A stretch of 64,000 bases of DNA from assembly GCA_044223005.1 (NCBI GenBank), contig JBGAML010000004.1, positions 96,001 to 160,000 on the forward strand, read 5' to 3'. Both the position numbers and the translations under genes were made by a program. The stretch's first letter is position 1; every line of letters starts with the position of its first letter. This DNA comes from Candidatus Eiseniibacteriota bacterium. GTDB taxonomy: Bacteria; Eisenbacteria; RBG-16-71-46. Shown here piece by piece: positions 23,335 to 33,475 of this stretch. Below the pieces are notes generated by a model. That model was not told the DNA's origin, ran no database searches, and saw only the letters and a list, made by a program, of their open reading frames with translations.

Positions 23335-24192
23335 CTAGTTGGCGCCGTCTGCGTCTGGCATCTGCCAGGCGCTCGCGGCCCCTGTGATCCGCGTGGCTTC
23401 ACGACGCACTGCCTCGTCGCTGAGCCGCGCGTAGTGCTGTGTGGTCACGACCGAAGCGTGACCGAGAATCTGCTGCAGCGCGGGCAAGCTACCTCCGCGC
23501 TCGATCCATTTGCAAGCGAAAGTGTGGCGCAGCTGGTGGACGTGGAAGCGGCGGACCCCACTGTGCGAACGAACGACTCGCGCGAAGGTGCTGGGACCCG
23601 CGATCGAAAACCGGACGAGCCGCCCGGAGCGCGCGAGGATCTCGCGGCGCAGTCCATCGGGGATCGGTACGCGGCGGAAGCGCCCCGCTTTCGTGTGTGG
23701 AACCAACAACATGCGTCCGTCGAGATGCGCCGAGTCCGACCGGCAGAGCTCGCCCCAGCGTAGGCCCGTCGACACGCCGAACCGGAGCACGAACGCGTGC
23801 GGTTCGCCGATGCTGAGGACGGCGTCGAGATCCTCATCGGAGAGACGATCCGGGGGCAATTCCTCGATGCGAGGCATGATCCGTAGGGGGAATGGCGAGC
23901 GCTCGAGGATCTCTGATTCGACCGCCCAGTTGAGCAGGCAGCGCAGATCGGTGAGCAAATGCCGCACGGTTCTGGGCGAGAGCCCGCGCGATTCGAGCCA
24001 GAGCCGGTGCGAGCGGAGATCATCGGGACGCAGCTCGCGGAGGACATGGGGACCGAGCGACGGGTCGACGTAATCGCGCACGCGTTGCGCGGCCATGGCG
24101 ACGTTCTTGCCGGTGCGAGTGGTCCGAACGTAGAGAGCAAGCCAGCGGGATGCGACTTCGGAGACGGTAGGAGAGTCCGGGAGAGAGACCAC
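23335..24192 (-). CDS. int: Tyrosine recombinase/integrase
   Basis: Catalytic R (TGLRWGE), K (TKAG), HQLRH, LGH and Y (TTQHY); next to att. Confidence 0.93.
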   Translation of the reverse strand: MVSLPDSPTVSEVASRWLALYVRTTRTGKNVAMAAQRVRDYVDPSLGPHVLRELRPDDLRSHRLWLESRGLSPRTVRHLLTDLRCLLNWAVESEILERSPFPLRIMPRIEELPPDRLSDEDLDAVLSIGEPHAFVLRFGVSTGLRWGELCRSDSAHLDGRMLLVPHTKAGRFRRVPIPDGLRREILARSGRLVRFSIAGPSTFARVVRSHSGVRRFHVHQLRHTFACKWIERGGSLPALQQILGHASVVTTQHYARLSDEAVRREATRITGAASAWQMPDADGAN

Positions 24193-24333
24193 ATGGGTTC
24201 GCGTCCGTGCCCTTTCCGGGGGACTCTGCCTCGGCCGTCACGGGTGGCCGACGTGCAGTAGCCTAGTGCCGCGCGTGGAGAGGTGCAAGGGTAAAAGCAC
24301 CCTCGTTCTCCGGGCGGCCTGGCGGAACTCCCC

Positions 24334-24609
24334 CTAGGCGAAGGCGCCGGTTCCCGTCCGGCGCTGGCGCTGGGTGCGCGCATAGGCCCGACGCACAACC
24401 TCGACGGGCTTGCCGATCGCCTCCGCGTAGAGCTCGAAGAACCGCTCGGGAGGATGCTCGAACTGTGCACGCTCGAAGTTGAGAATGGTCTGCATCGCGC
24501 GGGGATAGCGGCGCCGGCGGAAAAAGGCGGCGACGCTCTCGGCAGTGAGGGAGCCGGGGGCAGCCTTGCGGAGCTGCGTCAGCAGCGTCCGAGGGGTGGG
24601 ACGGCGCAT
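24334..24609 (-). CDS. Small XRE-like HTH protein
   Basis: LTQLRK...LTAESVA...TILNFER...YAEAIG resembles an XRE HTH. Confidence 0.55.
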   Translation of the reverse strand: MRRPTPRTLLTQLRKAAPGSLTAESVAAFFRRRRYPRAMQTILNFERAQFEHPPERFFELYAEAIGKPVEVVRRAYARTQRQRRTGTGAFA

Positions 24610-24653
24610 GGGCGCGGGTATACGCCGTGCGAGCGGATCCGGCAAGGGTAAAC

Positions 24654-24917
24654 TCACCCGTTCGTCTCCGTCCGCCTTGCGGCGAGAAGCGCCCGGTGCC
24701 GGAGCACGTCCGCGACCTGAACGTGTCCGCGGCTCAGGCTGACGATCGCGATCGCCGAATCGGCCCGGGGGACGTGCCGGCCGCCGACCCAGTTGTAGAT
24801 CGCCGTTTCCGTGACCGGCTGCCCGGCTTGATGAAGCCCCTGCGCCAGGCGGTGGACTCCGTACTCGCGCACCCATGAGCCGAAACGGGTCCGCCAGCGG
24901 CGCGGCTCGCGCTTCAT
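24654..24917 (-). CDS. Cro-like HTH protein
   Basis: GVHRLAQGL...VTETAIYNWVGGRHVPR. Confidence 0.65.
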   Translation of the reverse strand: MKREPRRWRTRFGSWVREYGVHRLAQGLHQAGQPVTETAIYNWVGGRHVPRADSAIAIVSLSRGHVQVADVLRHRALLAARRTETNG

Positions 24918-24999
24918 GTCTGTCCGACTCCGGGCATCCGTGCCCACCTTGCGGAGGGCGCGAACGGATGCCGCGCGAGCCGCAGCCGCCTCAATACGC

Positions 25000-25527
25000 C
25001 TAGGCGTCATCCTCGTCAAGCACTCGCGACACGCGAATCTCGGCGAGAGGCTTGTGGTTCGGATCGAAGGGAGACCCTTCGTAGCGGCCCGTGGCCTTGA
25101 GAAACTCGATGATCTCCTGCCGCCGCTCTTCGGTCATCTCCTGACGTCGATTACCGACGGCCTCGCGCTTGCCGCATCGATCGCACCCGGTGAGGTACAC
25201 CTCGTCCCCCGCGGCAACTTCGATCTCGGCGGACCCCTCCCAGTCAATCTGCCCATGGATCAGCCCGCCGCACCCGCAGCGCTGCGGATACGGGTTCCCA
25301 CAGGCGGGACAGCCGGAGTCGCCAACGAAGTGGTCTTCGTCCGCGATCTCCACGCGCTCCCCGCTGATCTGGGCGACGGGCTCGACTCGGTACTGACCGT
25401 CGACCTTCACGACACCCCAGGGTCCATCCTCCTGGCAGTTCGGGCAGATCATGCTGCCTGTGATTTCCGGCTTCCCGACCGAGGATCCACAGCGAGTGCA
25501 GGTGCGTTTCGGCGTGAGCAGGCTCAT
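25000..25527 (-). CDS. Cys-rich multi-zinc-finger hypothetical protein
   Basis: CTRC, CPNC, CPAC, CGC, CDRC; GGAAGGGG RBS. Confidence 0.65.
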   Translation of the reverse strand: MSLLTPKRTCTRCGSSVGKPEITGSMICPNCQEDGPWGVVKVDGQYRVEPVAQISGERVEIADEDHFVGDSGCPACGNPYPQRCGCGGLIHGQIDWEGSAEIEVAAGDEVYLTGCDRCGKREAVGNRRQEMTEERRQEIIEFLKATGRYEGSPFDPNHKPLAEIRVSRVLDEDDA

Positions 25528-25544
25528 CGAGATCCCCTTCCCTG

Positions 25545-26225
25545 TCAGCGGCGCGGCCGGTCATCCGCGCGCACGTTGGAATTGTCAGCGTCTTCCGGGT
25601 AGACGATGAATCGGCGTGGATCGATCGGCGAGGCGAGATGCGAGGTCTTTCGGTTGGTGCGCCCGACCGCGAAACCCTTGATCTTGGCGTCGGGATAGGC
25701 TGCGCGGAGCGCAACGGCACATCCCATCATGGTCGCGCCCTTGGTGAGCACGTCGTCGACAATGAGCAGAGACGGCGCCTCGCCCACCAGCCGAGTACTC
25801 GCCTCGATCGTCTCGGCGTGGAGCCGAGCCGAAGGGCGGTTGGCCGCTCGGGCGACGCCGGCAGAGGAGGGGACGGGGCGCGTCCTTCGCAGGAGCGGCT
25901 CCCAGCGAATCGCGACGTGTTCGGCGTGCAGGGCGCGACAGAGCTCCGCGGTGGCCCAGAACTGGCCGGGCTTGAGCAGTGAGCTTTTCGGCGCGGGAAC
26001 CAGGACCGTCCCGAGGCTGAACGCTTCCTCGAGCACCGAATGGAACGCGGTCTCACGGATGCGGCGCGCGACGGACTCGATCATGGACTCGGACTTCGAG
26101 AACCCGCTACCTCCGCGCTTCAGCTGGCGAATGCAGTTGTACCCCCGCTTCTCGACGTCGGTCCTCGGGTCGGGCGGATAGGCGATGAAGGTCCAGACCC
26201 GGAATTCAAAAAGCGGAGCCGGCAT
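25545..26225 (-). CDS. Phosphoribosyltransferase-fold protein (ShosT-like)
   Basis: LVPAPKS, LLRRTRPV, PRPP-binding LLIVDDVLTKGATM; overlaps the DprA-like gene. Confidence 0.8.
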   Translation of the reverse strand: MPAPLFEFRVWTFIAYPPDPRTDVEKRGYNCIRQLKRGGSGFSKSESMIESVARRIRETAFHSVLEEAFSLGTVLVPAPKSSLLKPGQFWATAELCRALHAEHVAIRWEPLLRRTRPVPSSAGVARAANRPSARLHAETIEASTRLVGEAPSLLIVDDVLTKGATMMGCAVALRAAYPDAKIKGFAVGRTNRKTSHLASPIDPRRFIVYPEDADNSNVRADDRPRR

Positions 26226-26898
26226 GCAACGTGTCGCCAGCATCGGGCAGGACGTCGAGCACCAGCTCGGGATGGTCCAGCGACATCGCGCCGTAGTCGA
26301 GCATCTTCCTCGGCCACTGGAGGTCAGGGTTGTCGACCACGGATCGCATGATGAACAGCGACCGGCCGAGACGCAGCGCCTCCCATCCCTGAGAGAGCGT
26401 TCCGCTCGTCTCGCCAGCCTCCACGATCACGGTGGCGTGGCTCAAGAGCGCCATCACGCGGTTGCGTGCAGGGAACGCCCAGCGCCCAATGGCCTGTCCG
26501 GTGGCGAACTGGGAGACGGCCAGGTGGTCCCGCGCGATCTGGCGTTGCAGCTCAGCGTGTTCCGCGGGGTAGACGCGATCGAGCGGCGTTCCCAGAACGG
26601 CGATCGTGTTTCCGTCGGCAGCGATCGCGGCCCGATGTGCCGCGGCGTCGATCCCAAGCGCGAGTCCACTGACGACCACCACGTCATGCCGCGCGAGGAT
26701 CGTGCTCAGGCGCGCGGCGCGCCGAAGGGCCTCGGGCGAGGCATTGCGGGACCCGACGATCGAAACCCTGGGAAGCGCGAGGAGCTGAGCGTTGCCCTGG
26801 AAGTAGAGCGTCGCCGGCGCGTTCTTCCGCTCGGTCTCGTTCAGGTACCCGAGGAGGTCCTCGGGCGTCGCGCTCTCGATGCGAGGTTCGGTGGTCAC
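26206..26898 (-). CDS. DprA/SMF Rossmann-fold protein (ShosA-like)
   Basis: SIVGSR, VSGLALGIDAAAH, FPARNRVM, IVEAGETSGT; lacks the SAM and C-terminal wHTH domains; GGAGG RBS before GTG. Confidence 0.88.
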   Translation of the reverse strand: MTTEPRIESATPEDLLGYLNETERKNAPATLYFQGNAQLLALPRVSIVGSRNASPEALRRAARLSTILARHDVVVVSGLALGIDAAAHRAAIAADGNTIAVLGTPLDRVYPAEHAELQRQIARDHLAVSQFATGQAIGRWAFPARNRVMALLSHATVIVEAGETSGTLSQGWEALRLGRSLFIMRSVVDNPDLQWPRKMLDYGAMSLDHPELVLDVLPDAGDTLHAGSAF

Positions 26899-27066
26899 GG
26901 CACTGCCTCCGTGTGGCTCCCCGCAGCGACCGCGACTGCCAGCGGTGCCCATCGGCGCGGAGAGAGCGTTCCGTCGCATGCCGGGCATGTCCATGCCCGG
27001 CTCCGAAACCCATACTAGCGGCTCCCGCGCACGAGCGGAAGCCGCACGTATCGGGTACGTCAGGGC

Positions 27067-27396
27067 CTACGGAACCGCCCGCCTCGACCGCTGCAGCTGG
27101 GTGACCGCCGCCTCGCGCTGGCGCACATCCGCACGCTCGGCGACGGCGACTACGACCAGCTCCATGATCGCGGCCATGCGATCGAGCCGCTGGTCGGTCC
27201 GCGTGCGCTGCAGGGACTCGAGGGAATCTCCCACCGCGCGCGCCTGGCTCTCCTGCCGGAGCGTGGCCCGAACGTCCGCGGTCGCGGCCGCGAGCAGGAT
27301 GCGCGAGAGCACCAGGACGGACACCGCGGCGCCGGCGATGACGCCGGCGCGACGGGCGAAGCGGACGAAATCCGGATCGTGCGGTCGCGTGCTCAC
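27067..27396 (-). CDS. Lysis-cassette membrane protein (TM plus coiled coil)
   Basis: N-terminal TM; GTGA overlap with the holin gene. Confidence 0.55.
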   Translation of the reverse strand: MSTRPHDPDFVRFARRAGVIAGAAVSVLVLSRILLAAATADVRATLRQESQARAVGDSLESLQRTRTDQRLDRMAAIMELVVVAVAERADVRQREAAVTQLQRSRRAVP

Positions 27397-27914
27397 TTCC
27401 TGCCCTCCGCGACCCGGCCGAGGGTCGCCGTGTGACTGTCCGAGCTCGCGCTCGAGCCGTAGTAGTAAGCGATCACCGTCGCGATCGATCCACCCAGCGT
27501 GCCCAGGAGGATGTTGAGGACGTCCTTGTTCGCATCGGGAACCGCGTGGAACATCATCAGCAGCAGCAGGCCGAAGAACAGCACGAAGAGCACGAGCGCC
27601 AGGATCCGTGGCGTCGAGTCCTTCGTCGCGATCTCGCGCGCACGCGCATTGGCGCGATCCTCCATCCCGAGCTTCTCGAGCTCGATCCCCAGCTCGGCCA
27701 TCTTCGAGTCGAACGCCTGGTCGAGCTCCTTCAGCTTGAGCAGCTGCTCCGGCGTCGCGGCCGCGATCGCTGCCGCGACATCCGCCTCCGGTGCGTCCGG
27801 CTTCCCCAGCAGCCCGCCCGCGATCTCGCGCACGGCCGTGCCGGCCAGGGGGCCGCCCAGCGCCGTCGCGAGCGCGGGCGCCACGGTGCGCACGATGCCC
27901 TTCCAGTCCTTCAT
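27393..27914 (-). CDS. Putative holin (3TM-holin-like)
   Basis: VAPALATALGGPLAG, DRANARARE, two C-terminal TM segments, YYYGSS. Confidence 0.75.
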   Translation of the reverse strand: MKDWKGIVRTVAPALATALGGPLAGTAVREIAGGLLGKPDAPEADVAAAIAAATPEQLLKLKELDQAFDSKMAELGIELEKLGMEDRANARAREIATKDSTPRILALVLFVLFFGLLLLMMFHAVPDANKDVLNILLGTLGGSIATVIAYYYGSSASSDSHTATLGRVAEGRK

Positions 27915-28441
27915 GGCGTCCTCCGCGCGAACTCGGACTGGCGGTTGAGCCAGCCCTCCGCGAACTCGGTGTTGTCGGGGATTCCGTCGTGATCGTCGTC
28001 CTTCAGGTTCTTCGAGATGATCCGGCCCGTGAACTGCATCCGCTCGGCGACAAGCGCGCGGTAGAGCGCGCGACCATCCGCGGCCGCGAGCGCGGCGCGG
28101 GTGACGCGGCCGAAGACACCGTCCACGGCTACGCCGAGCGCGCGCTGGAGGATCCGGACACCGTTGCCGGGCCCGTGGTTCTCCACGATGTCGAAGAACA
28201 GCTCGCGCGCGTCCTCGGGCGCGAGGTCGAGTCCCATGTCGACCAGGTCCCGCACGTAGATGGCGCGGGCCTCGGTGACCGACAGGTGCTCGACGTCCGC
28301 GGCGCTGCAGGGGCGGTTGCGCGCGGCCGAGAGCTTCTGCTGCGTGATCCCGAACTTGGTCGGGCCGCCCTTGTCCGCGGGGTTGTCGACGTAGCCGGCC
28401 TCGCGTTCGATCAGCCGGGCCGCGAGTTGCTCGAGCGTCAT
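27911..28441 (-). CDS. Endolysin, glycoside hydrolase family 108
   Basis: IEREAGYVDNPADKGGPTKFGIT, LQRALGVAVDGVFG, FAEGWLNR. Confidence 0.9.
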   Translation of the reverse strand: MTLEQLAARLIEREAGYVDNPADKGGPTKFGITQQKLSAARNRPCSAADVEHLSVTEARAIYVRDLVDMGLDLAPEDARELFFDIVENHGPGNGVRILQRALGVAVDGVFGRVTRAALAAADGRALYRALVAERMQFTGRIISKNLKDDDHDGIPDNTEFAEGWLNRQSEFARRTP

Positions 28442-28537
28442 GGTTCCCTCCGGCGCTGCAGATTCCGGCATCCTGCCGAAGGTCTCGTCTTCGACCTGCC
28501 CGAAGACGTCTCGCACAACGCGCTGGCTGGGGGCCGA

Positions 28538-30982
28538 TCAGACCAGCGAGAACACCCTTTCCTGGTACGTACCGATGAGCGATCCGTTCACGGGAATCAC
28601 CCGGATCGAGATCGACGTGCCAGCGATCGCGGAATCCGTGACCTGCATGGCCGCGGTCCACGTCCAGTTGTTCGTGGTGATCGCCGTGACGGTTCGCTTG
28701 AGCGTTCCATTGACGCGCACCTCGATCGTGAAGTTACCTTCCGGCGTCGCGGTGTAGTCCGTCGCGTCCTGTGCGACGACGACGCCCGCGGCCGCCTGCA
28801 GCGTCCGATGCCGGAAGCGCCAGCTGACCACATGGTCCACGCCGGCGGGGCGGGAGGTTGGCCAGGGGAAGAAGCTGTCGATGACCATGTTCCCGGGCGG
28901 CAGCGGCTTCAGGGCCCGACTCGCGGTCGTGAGCGAGAGCTGCGTCGCCGAGGCGATCGGCAGCACGCTGCGTAGGTTGAACGGCAGGAGCTTCGCCGTG
29001 ACCGTCAGGTCTGACGCATAACCGCCAGTGGGGTTGAGGACGGCGCGCGGGCCCGCGGTGAAGAACCAGACCTTGGCGCCGGCGCTGTGGGCCGCGGGGA
29101 CAGTGTCCAGGACGCCCCGCAGGACGTTGCTGATCGTGCGGCCGCCGCCCGAGGGCGTGACGGTCTGCCAGGCGATGATCTCCGAGTCGATCAGCGCCAG
29201 ATTGAGCCCGTAGTAGAGCTCCGTGGAACTGATCGAGGTGAGGAAGTCCGGATCGATCAGGTTCGTGACGTCGAACCCGGTCGTGTCGAGCGCGGCCGTG
29301 TTCGCGGGATAGCTTGAGACGAGCGTCCCGTAGGGACACCAGCCGCGGACGTCCGGGCTCTGGACGTAGGCCGTACCGCCCGCCGGATCCGCCCAGATCT
29401 GGAAGCCGTTGAGCGTCGCATCGGCCCGCGCGGCGAGCGCGCGCACCTGTCGGCCGCCGAGATCCGCCAGCTGGTAGGGCTCCTCCATGAGCGCCTGCTG
29501 CGCGCAGGCGACCGGGGCCCCGATGGGATCGACCCATCCGGTGCCGCCGGGAGGCGTGTAGCCCGTTCCGGAAACGCCGAAGGCATCCTCGACCGCCTCG
29601 AGCGAGAGCCGGCCGTCCTCGAGCTTGCCGCCGGCGGGTTTGGTCACGCGGCAGACCATGCCCGTGATCCCATAGGATGGCGCGTTGAGGACGAAACAGT
29701 CGCAAGCGCGCAGCGCCCAGGCCTTGCGGTTCGACTTGGCCTTGATCCGCGCGAACGGGTAGCTGCCTCGCCTCAGGTCGCGCGAAGCGATGCGGCTGGC
29801 GATGGCCGAATTGCTGATGCCCCGGTAGTCGACCTGCTGGGCCACCGAAACGCCCTGGACCTGCTGGTTCGCGAGATTCATCCACTGGGCGATGCGCGTG
29901 GTCCAGTTGTCGGCGCGCGAGGTGAACGCGACCTTGGCGACGTTGAAGGTCTCGTCCCAGCCGGCGCGCCCGAACTCGATCTCGTCCAGCGTGGTCTCAT
30001 CGAGCACGGGCAGCGAGCCGATCACGTAATCCGCCCGGACCAGCGTCAGCGTCAGCAGCCCGGTCTCCGGATCGGTCGAGATCCCGCCGTCAATGTGGCG
30101 GAGGATCTCGCGGATGGTCTCGCTCGCCTCGGTCGGTTGCTCCATGATTAGCGACAGCCCGAAACCCTCGGAAAACAGCGTCTCGCCCGCGAGCAGGAAC
30201 GACGCGAGGTCGATGTCCGACGCCGGCCGCCCGAGCCCATAGGTCGTGTGCCGGAGCAGCTCGTAGAGGATGCAGGCCGGATTCGAGTCGTAGCCGCCGG
30301 CCGACGCGATCCGATGGTGCCCGCTCACCATGCCCAGCGAGTTGGGGCAGCGCGTGACCTTGAAGGCAATCGGCCGCGGCGTCGGCGAGGTGCCGATATA
30401 GACGCCGCCGTACTGCGGCTTATAGCCGCCGTGGAGCACCACGTGCGCAACGCGTGCGAGGCCCGGATAGTCAGCGCTGCACTGCGTCTGCATGTAGCTG
30501 CTGATCGTCGGGGTGTCCACGCCGGCGAAGCAGTCGGCGTTCCCGGTGACGCCACCGCCCGAGCGATTCCCCCCGAAGAGCGAGGCGCTGTTGAACTGGT
30601 AGGTGGAGACGTCCGCGGCGGTCCCCTGGAGCACCCAGCCCGGGTCCTTCTCGTCGAAGAGGATCCCGTCGAAGCTGTCGAGCGGCCCGTGACAGAGCGC
30701 GAGGTCCATGCCGAGCGTGTAGTAGTAGCCGGCGTCGGCCTTGTTGATCTGGAAGCCCTCGGCGCCGAGGTTCCCATACCAGACCACGTTCGGGCTCGTG
30801 AGCTTGACGCTGCCGAAGACGACCGGGATCGCGCGCGCGGGATCTGCCGTCGGCCCGTCGAAGTCCGAGATCCCCTTCGGCTGCGGCTTGTCGGGCTTCG
30901 GTCCCAGGTAGCGCGCGGCGAGGCTCAGCCCGGCGAGCTCGAGGAGCTGCAGTCCGGCGGCGAGGATCAGGGGCAGCGGCAT
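28538..30982 (-). CDS. Tail tip / host-specificity protein (Phage-tail_3-like)
   Basis: PTADPARAIPVVFGSV...PNVVWYG, NPACILYELL, REILRHIDG, RGVLDTVPAAH. Confidence 0.85.
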   Translation of the reverse strand: MPLPLILAAGLQLLELAGLSLAARYLGPKPDKPQPKGISDFDGPTADPARAIPVVFGSVKLTSPNVVWYGNLGAEGFQINKADAGYYYTLGMDLALCHGPLDSFDGILFDEKDPGWVLQGTAADVSTYQFNSASLFGGNRSGGGVTGNADCFAGVDTPTISSYMQTQCSADYPGLARVAHVVLHGGYKPQYGGVYIGTSPTPRPIAFKVTRCPNSLGMVSGHHRIASAGGYDSNPACILYELLRHTTYGLGRPASDIDLASFLLAGETLFSEGFGLSLIMEQPTEASETIREILRHIDGGISTDPETGLLTLTLVRADYVIGSLPVLDETTLDEIEFGRAGWDETFNVAKVAFTSRADNWTTRIAQWMNLANQQVQGVSVAQQVDYRGISNSAIASRIASRDLRRGSYPFARIKAKSNRKAWALRACDCFVLNAPSYGITGMVCRVTKPAGGKLEDGRLSLEAVEDAFGVSGTGYTPPGGTGWVDPIGAPVACAQQALMEEPYQLADLGGRQVRALAARADATLNGFQIWADPAGGTAYVQSPDVRGWCPYGTLVSSYPANTAALDTTGFDVTNLIDPDFLTSISSTELYYGLNLALIDSEIIAWQTVTPSGGGRTISNVLRGVLDTVPAAHSAGAKVWFFTAGPRAVLNPTGGYASDLTVTAKLLPFNLRSVLPIASATQLSLTTASRALKPLPPGNMVIDSFFPWPTSRPAGVDHVVSWRFRHRTLQAAAGVVVAQDATDYTATPEGNFTIEVRVNGTLKRTVTAITTNNWTWTAAMQVTDSAIAGTSISIRVIPVNGSLIGTYQERVFSLV

Positions 30983-31776
30983 CAGGCGGCTCCCGAGACG
31001 AAGGGATTCTTGGTCGGGATGAACGGGAACCCGCAGAAGTGCACGAGATTGCCGAACGCCTTGCAGGCCGCGATCGTGTGGTCGCATCCCGGATAGGCGG
31101 TCACCGCGGCGCCGGCGGCGATCGCGCGGAAGGGCGTGAGCAGCGTGAGCACGTTGCCCGCATGCTGTGTGATCCAGTGCGTCTCGCCGGCAGCATTCTC
31201 GACGTAGCCCGCCTGGAAATAGCCGTCCGGATGGGTCCCGAATGCCGGCGAGGTGATCGTGAGTCCGGAGACCGCCGAGAGCGTCGCCGGCTGCGCGCGG
31301 GAGGTGCGATCGAGCCCGCATTCGGGCGAATAGAGCGCCCAGTTGCACTGCGACTGGAACGAGTTGGGCGGGATCCGCCGGCGCAGGACGCGCGTGATCG
31401 GCAGGCCGGTCAGTCGCGCCAGCGACCCCTCGAAGCGGACCGAGGCGATCTCTCCCGACCACATCCGGATCACCTCGGCATCGCCACGGTGGAACCGGAG
31501 GACTTCAAGCGTGACCGGACGGACGGGCAGGTCCGGGATGAAGAGCTGTGGGATCTCGTGGTCCCGCGGCAGCGTCAGCTCGAGCGCGTCCTGCGCGTCC
31601 TCGTCGTTCGTGTCGATCTCGCCGCGGGTCATCGCCGTCGGCGTGTAGTCCAGGCCGGAGAGGGTCTGGAGCGTGTCGCCGCTCGTCAGGCCCCACGACT
31701 GGACGCCGCAGGCGAAGCGGAAGAGCTCGACCGGAGCGCCGCCGTAGGTGCTCGATTCGCGGGCGTCATAGCTCAT
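30982..31776 (-). CDS. Baseplate hub (DUF2163/BR0599-like)
   Basis: CNWALYSPECG and YPGCDHTIAAC...FCGFPFIP Cys cluster. Confidence 0.85.
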   Translation of the reverse strand: MSYDARESSTYGGAPVELFRFACGVQSWGLTSGDTLQTLSGLDYTPTAMTRGEIDTNDEDAQDALELTLPRDHEIPQLFIPDLPVRPVTLEVLRFHRGDAEVIRMWSGEIASVRFEGSLARLTGLPITRVLRRRIPPNSFQSQCNWALYSPECGLDRTSRAQPATLSAVSGLTITSPAFGTHPDGYFQAGYVENAAGETHWITQHAGNVLTLLTPFRAIAAGAAVTAYPGCDHTIAACKAFGNLVHFCGFPFIPTKNPFVSGAA

Positions 31777-32390
31777 GCCGGGACCTCCGCGGGCAGCTCC
31801 GTGAAGCTCAGCGAGGCCTCGCAGCTGGACGGGTTCTCCCAGTCGATGTCGACGAAGTCCTCGGTGAGCCGGCAGAGCGTGAGGAAGCTGATGACGGTCG
31901 CGTCGGCCGAGAGCGCGACTCCCGTGGTCGCGTCCAGCGTGATCATCTCGGTCGCGGCGTCCATGGGCGTGCAGTCGACGGCCTTGCGCAGCAGCATCGT
32001 CGCGGGATCCGGGCCCGGAAAGAGGGCCAGGTACTGCCGCGGCGCGCCCATCCCGAAGACGAAGTCGCCATACCCGGCGCGCTGGATCGTCAGCGTGGTC
32101 GACGGTGACGCGTCGGCCGCGAGGCGCAGGTCCCGGGCGCAGGTCGGGGCCCAGAACGGCACGACGCGGCCGAGGCGGGCATCCAGGAAGCCGCGCAGCG
32201 CGGCGACGTCGGACCGCGAGAAGCAGCTCCAGAGCAGCGAGCGCACCGGGAGCGGGATTCCGGCCTGGTCGTCAAACCAGCGCGCGCCGGTGCCCGGATC
32301 GAGCAGCGTGCCCGAGCGCGCGAAACTCTCCGTGAGGGCGTCGCGGAGGTTGTGCGTGACCGGGATCACGTCGAATCCGGCGTAGGTCAC
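31773..32390 (-). CDS. Distal tail-like virion protein
   Basis: FLDARLGRVVPFWAPT, ISFLTLCRL; position in tail module. Confidence 0.7.
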   Translation of the reverse strand: MTYAGFDVIPVTHNLRDALTESFARSGTLLDPGTGARWFDDQAGIPLPVRSLLWSCFSRSDVAALRGFLDARLGRVVPFWAPTCARDLRLAADASPSTTLTIQRAGYGDFVFGMGAPRQYLALFPGPDPATMLLRKAVDCTPMDAATEMITLDATTGVALSADATVISFLTLCRLTEDFVDIDWENPSSCEASLSFTELPAEVPA

Positions 32391-33475
32391 ACGGCCTCCT
32401 GGCTGAAGGCGACATCGGTCTCGGCCACGGGGCCGCCCGGGCGCGAGAGCTGCGGCGCTTCGGTCAGCCGGGCGGCGAGGAGCGGCGCCACGATCGCGCG
32501 GGGGGCGGCGTAGGCGCCCGAGATCGTGCCCGCGACGGTCAGGTGGTCGGCGAACACCTGGTCGATCACGAAGGGCTCACAGGCGCGCTGGCTGGTCCAC
32601 AGGATGGCCGTCCCGCCGGGCGCGAAGGCGCGCGTGGTGGTGTCCGCATAGACGGCCGTGGCGCCCGGGGCGACCGGGGCGGTGAGCTCGGACGCGTCGG
32701 GCCAGAATGGCAGGGCGTAGACGCCGCCCCCGTGAGCGTAGAGCTTGGACATCAGCTCGAGCGCGTCGGCGTCGGTGACGACGAGCGGGTGGAAGCGCAG
32801 CTCCCGGCCGGGGATTGCGCGCAGCTGGACGCGCTGCTCCGTCCGCTGGCGCGAGGTGATGACGTCCGAGAGGTACCCGTAGCGCTCTCGCTGGGCGGCG
32901 ATGCCGTCCGGGGGCACCGCGAAGAGCGTCAGGCGCGTCCCGCTCAGGGTCAGGTCGGATCCCGGCGTCGTCACGGCGACATAGGTGACCGAGCTCGTGC
33001 GGGTGCGGAAGGTCCAGGTCAGCGTGTTCGCGATCGGGTCCACGCCGGCGGCCCAGACGTAGACGCTATGGATCTCCGAATGCAGCGTCGGGTACTCATG
33101 CGGGAGCGATCCGGCGCTGACGTCGACGCCGGCGGGGCCAGCGATGTCGACGCTCCAGAGCCGGAAGCCGGTCCGGAAGGCGTTCCAGACCTCCACGGAG
33201 AGCACCCGATCGGAAACCACATTCCCGAGCGCGACCTCGCGCGGGACGACGTGGATCCGGTCAAACCACTGGCCGTCGTGCACCGGCGCGCGCGCGCCCG
33301 CGCGCGTCGTCGGCGAGAGGGCCAGCGCCCCCGCGGCGCGGGCGCCGGCCGCGGAGCCCGCGCCGAGCCAGTTCGCGGCCGAGGTAGGCCCCGGCTCGGA
33401 CGCGCCGGAGAGGCGCGCACTCGAGGAGGCAACCGCGGCCGCGAGCGGCCCGAGCGTGAGCTTGCCGGTGGCCAT
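32387..33475 (-). CDS. Virion structural tail protein
   Basis: WFDRIHVVP...LGNVV...VWNAF; EQRVQLRAIPGR. Confidence 0.7.
   Translation of the reverse strand: MATGKLTLGPLAAAVASSSARLSGASEPGPTSAANWLGAGSAAGARAAGALALSPTTRAGARAPVHDGQWFDRIHVVPREVALGNVVSDRVLSVEVWNAFRTGFRLWSVDIAGPAGVDVSAGSLPHEYPTLHSEIHSVYVWAAGVDPIANTLTWTFRTRTSSVTYVAVTTPGSDLTLSGTRLTLFAVPPDGIAAQRERYGYLSDVITSRQRTEQRVQLRAIPGRELRFHPLVVTDADALELMSKLYAHGGGVYALPFWPDASELTAPVAPGATAVYADTTTRAFAPGGTAILWTSQRACEPFVIDQVFADHLTVAGTISGAYAAPRAIVAPLLAARLTEAPQLSRPGGPVAETDVAFSQEAV

Noticed and set aside
25545..26898. Competence genes dprA/comF
   Set aside because: Inside a prophage; the DprA lacks its flanking domains and the PRTase lacks the ComF zinc ribbon.
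31773..33475. Split tail gene as a pseudogene
   Set aside because: Clean GTGA coupling with a GGAGG RBS suggests two real genes.
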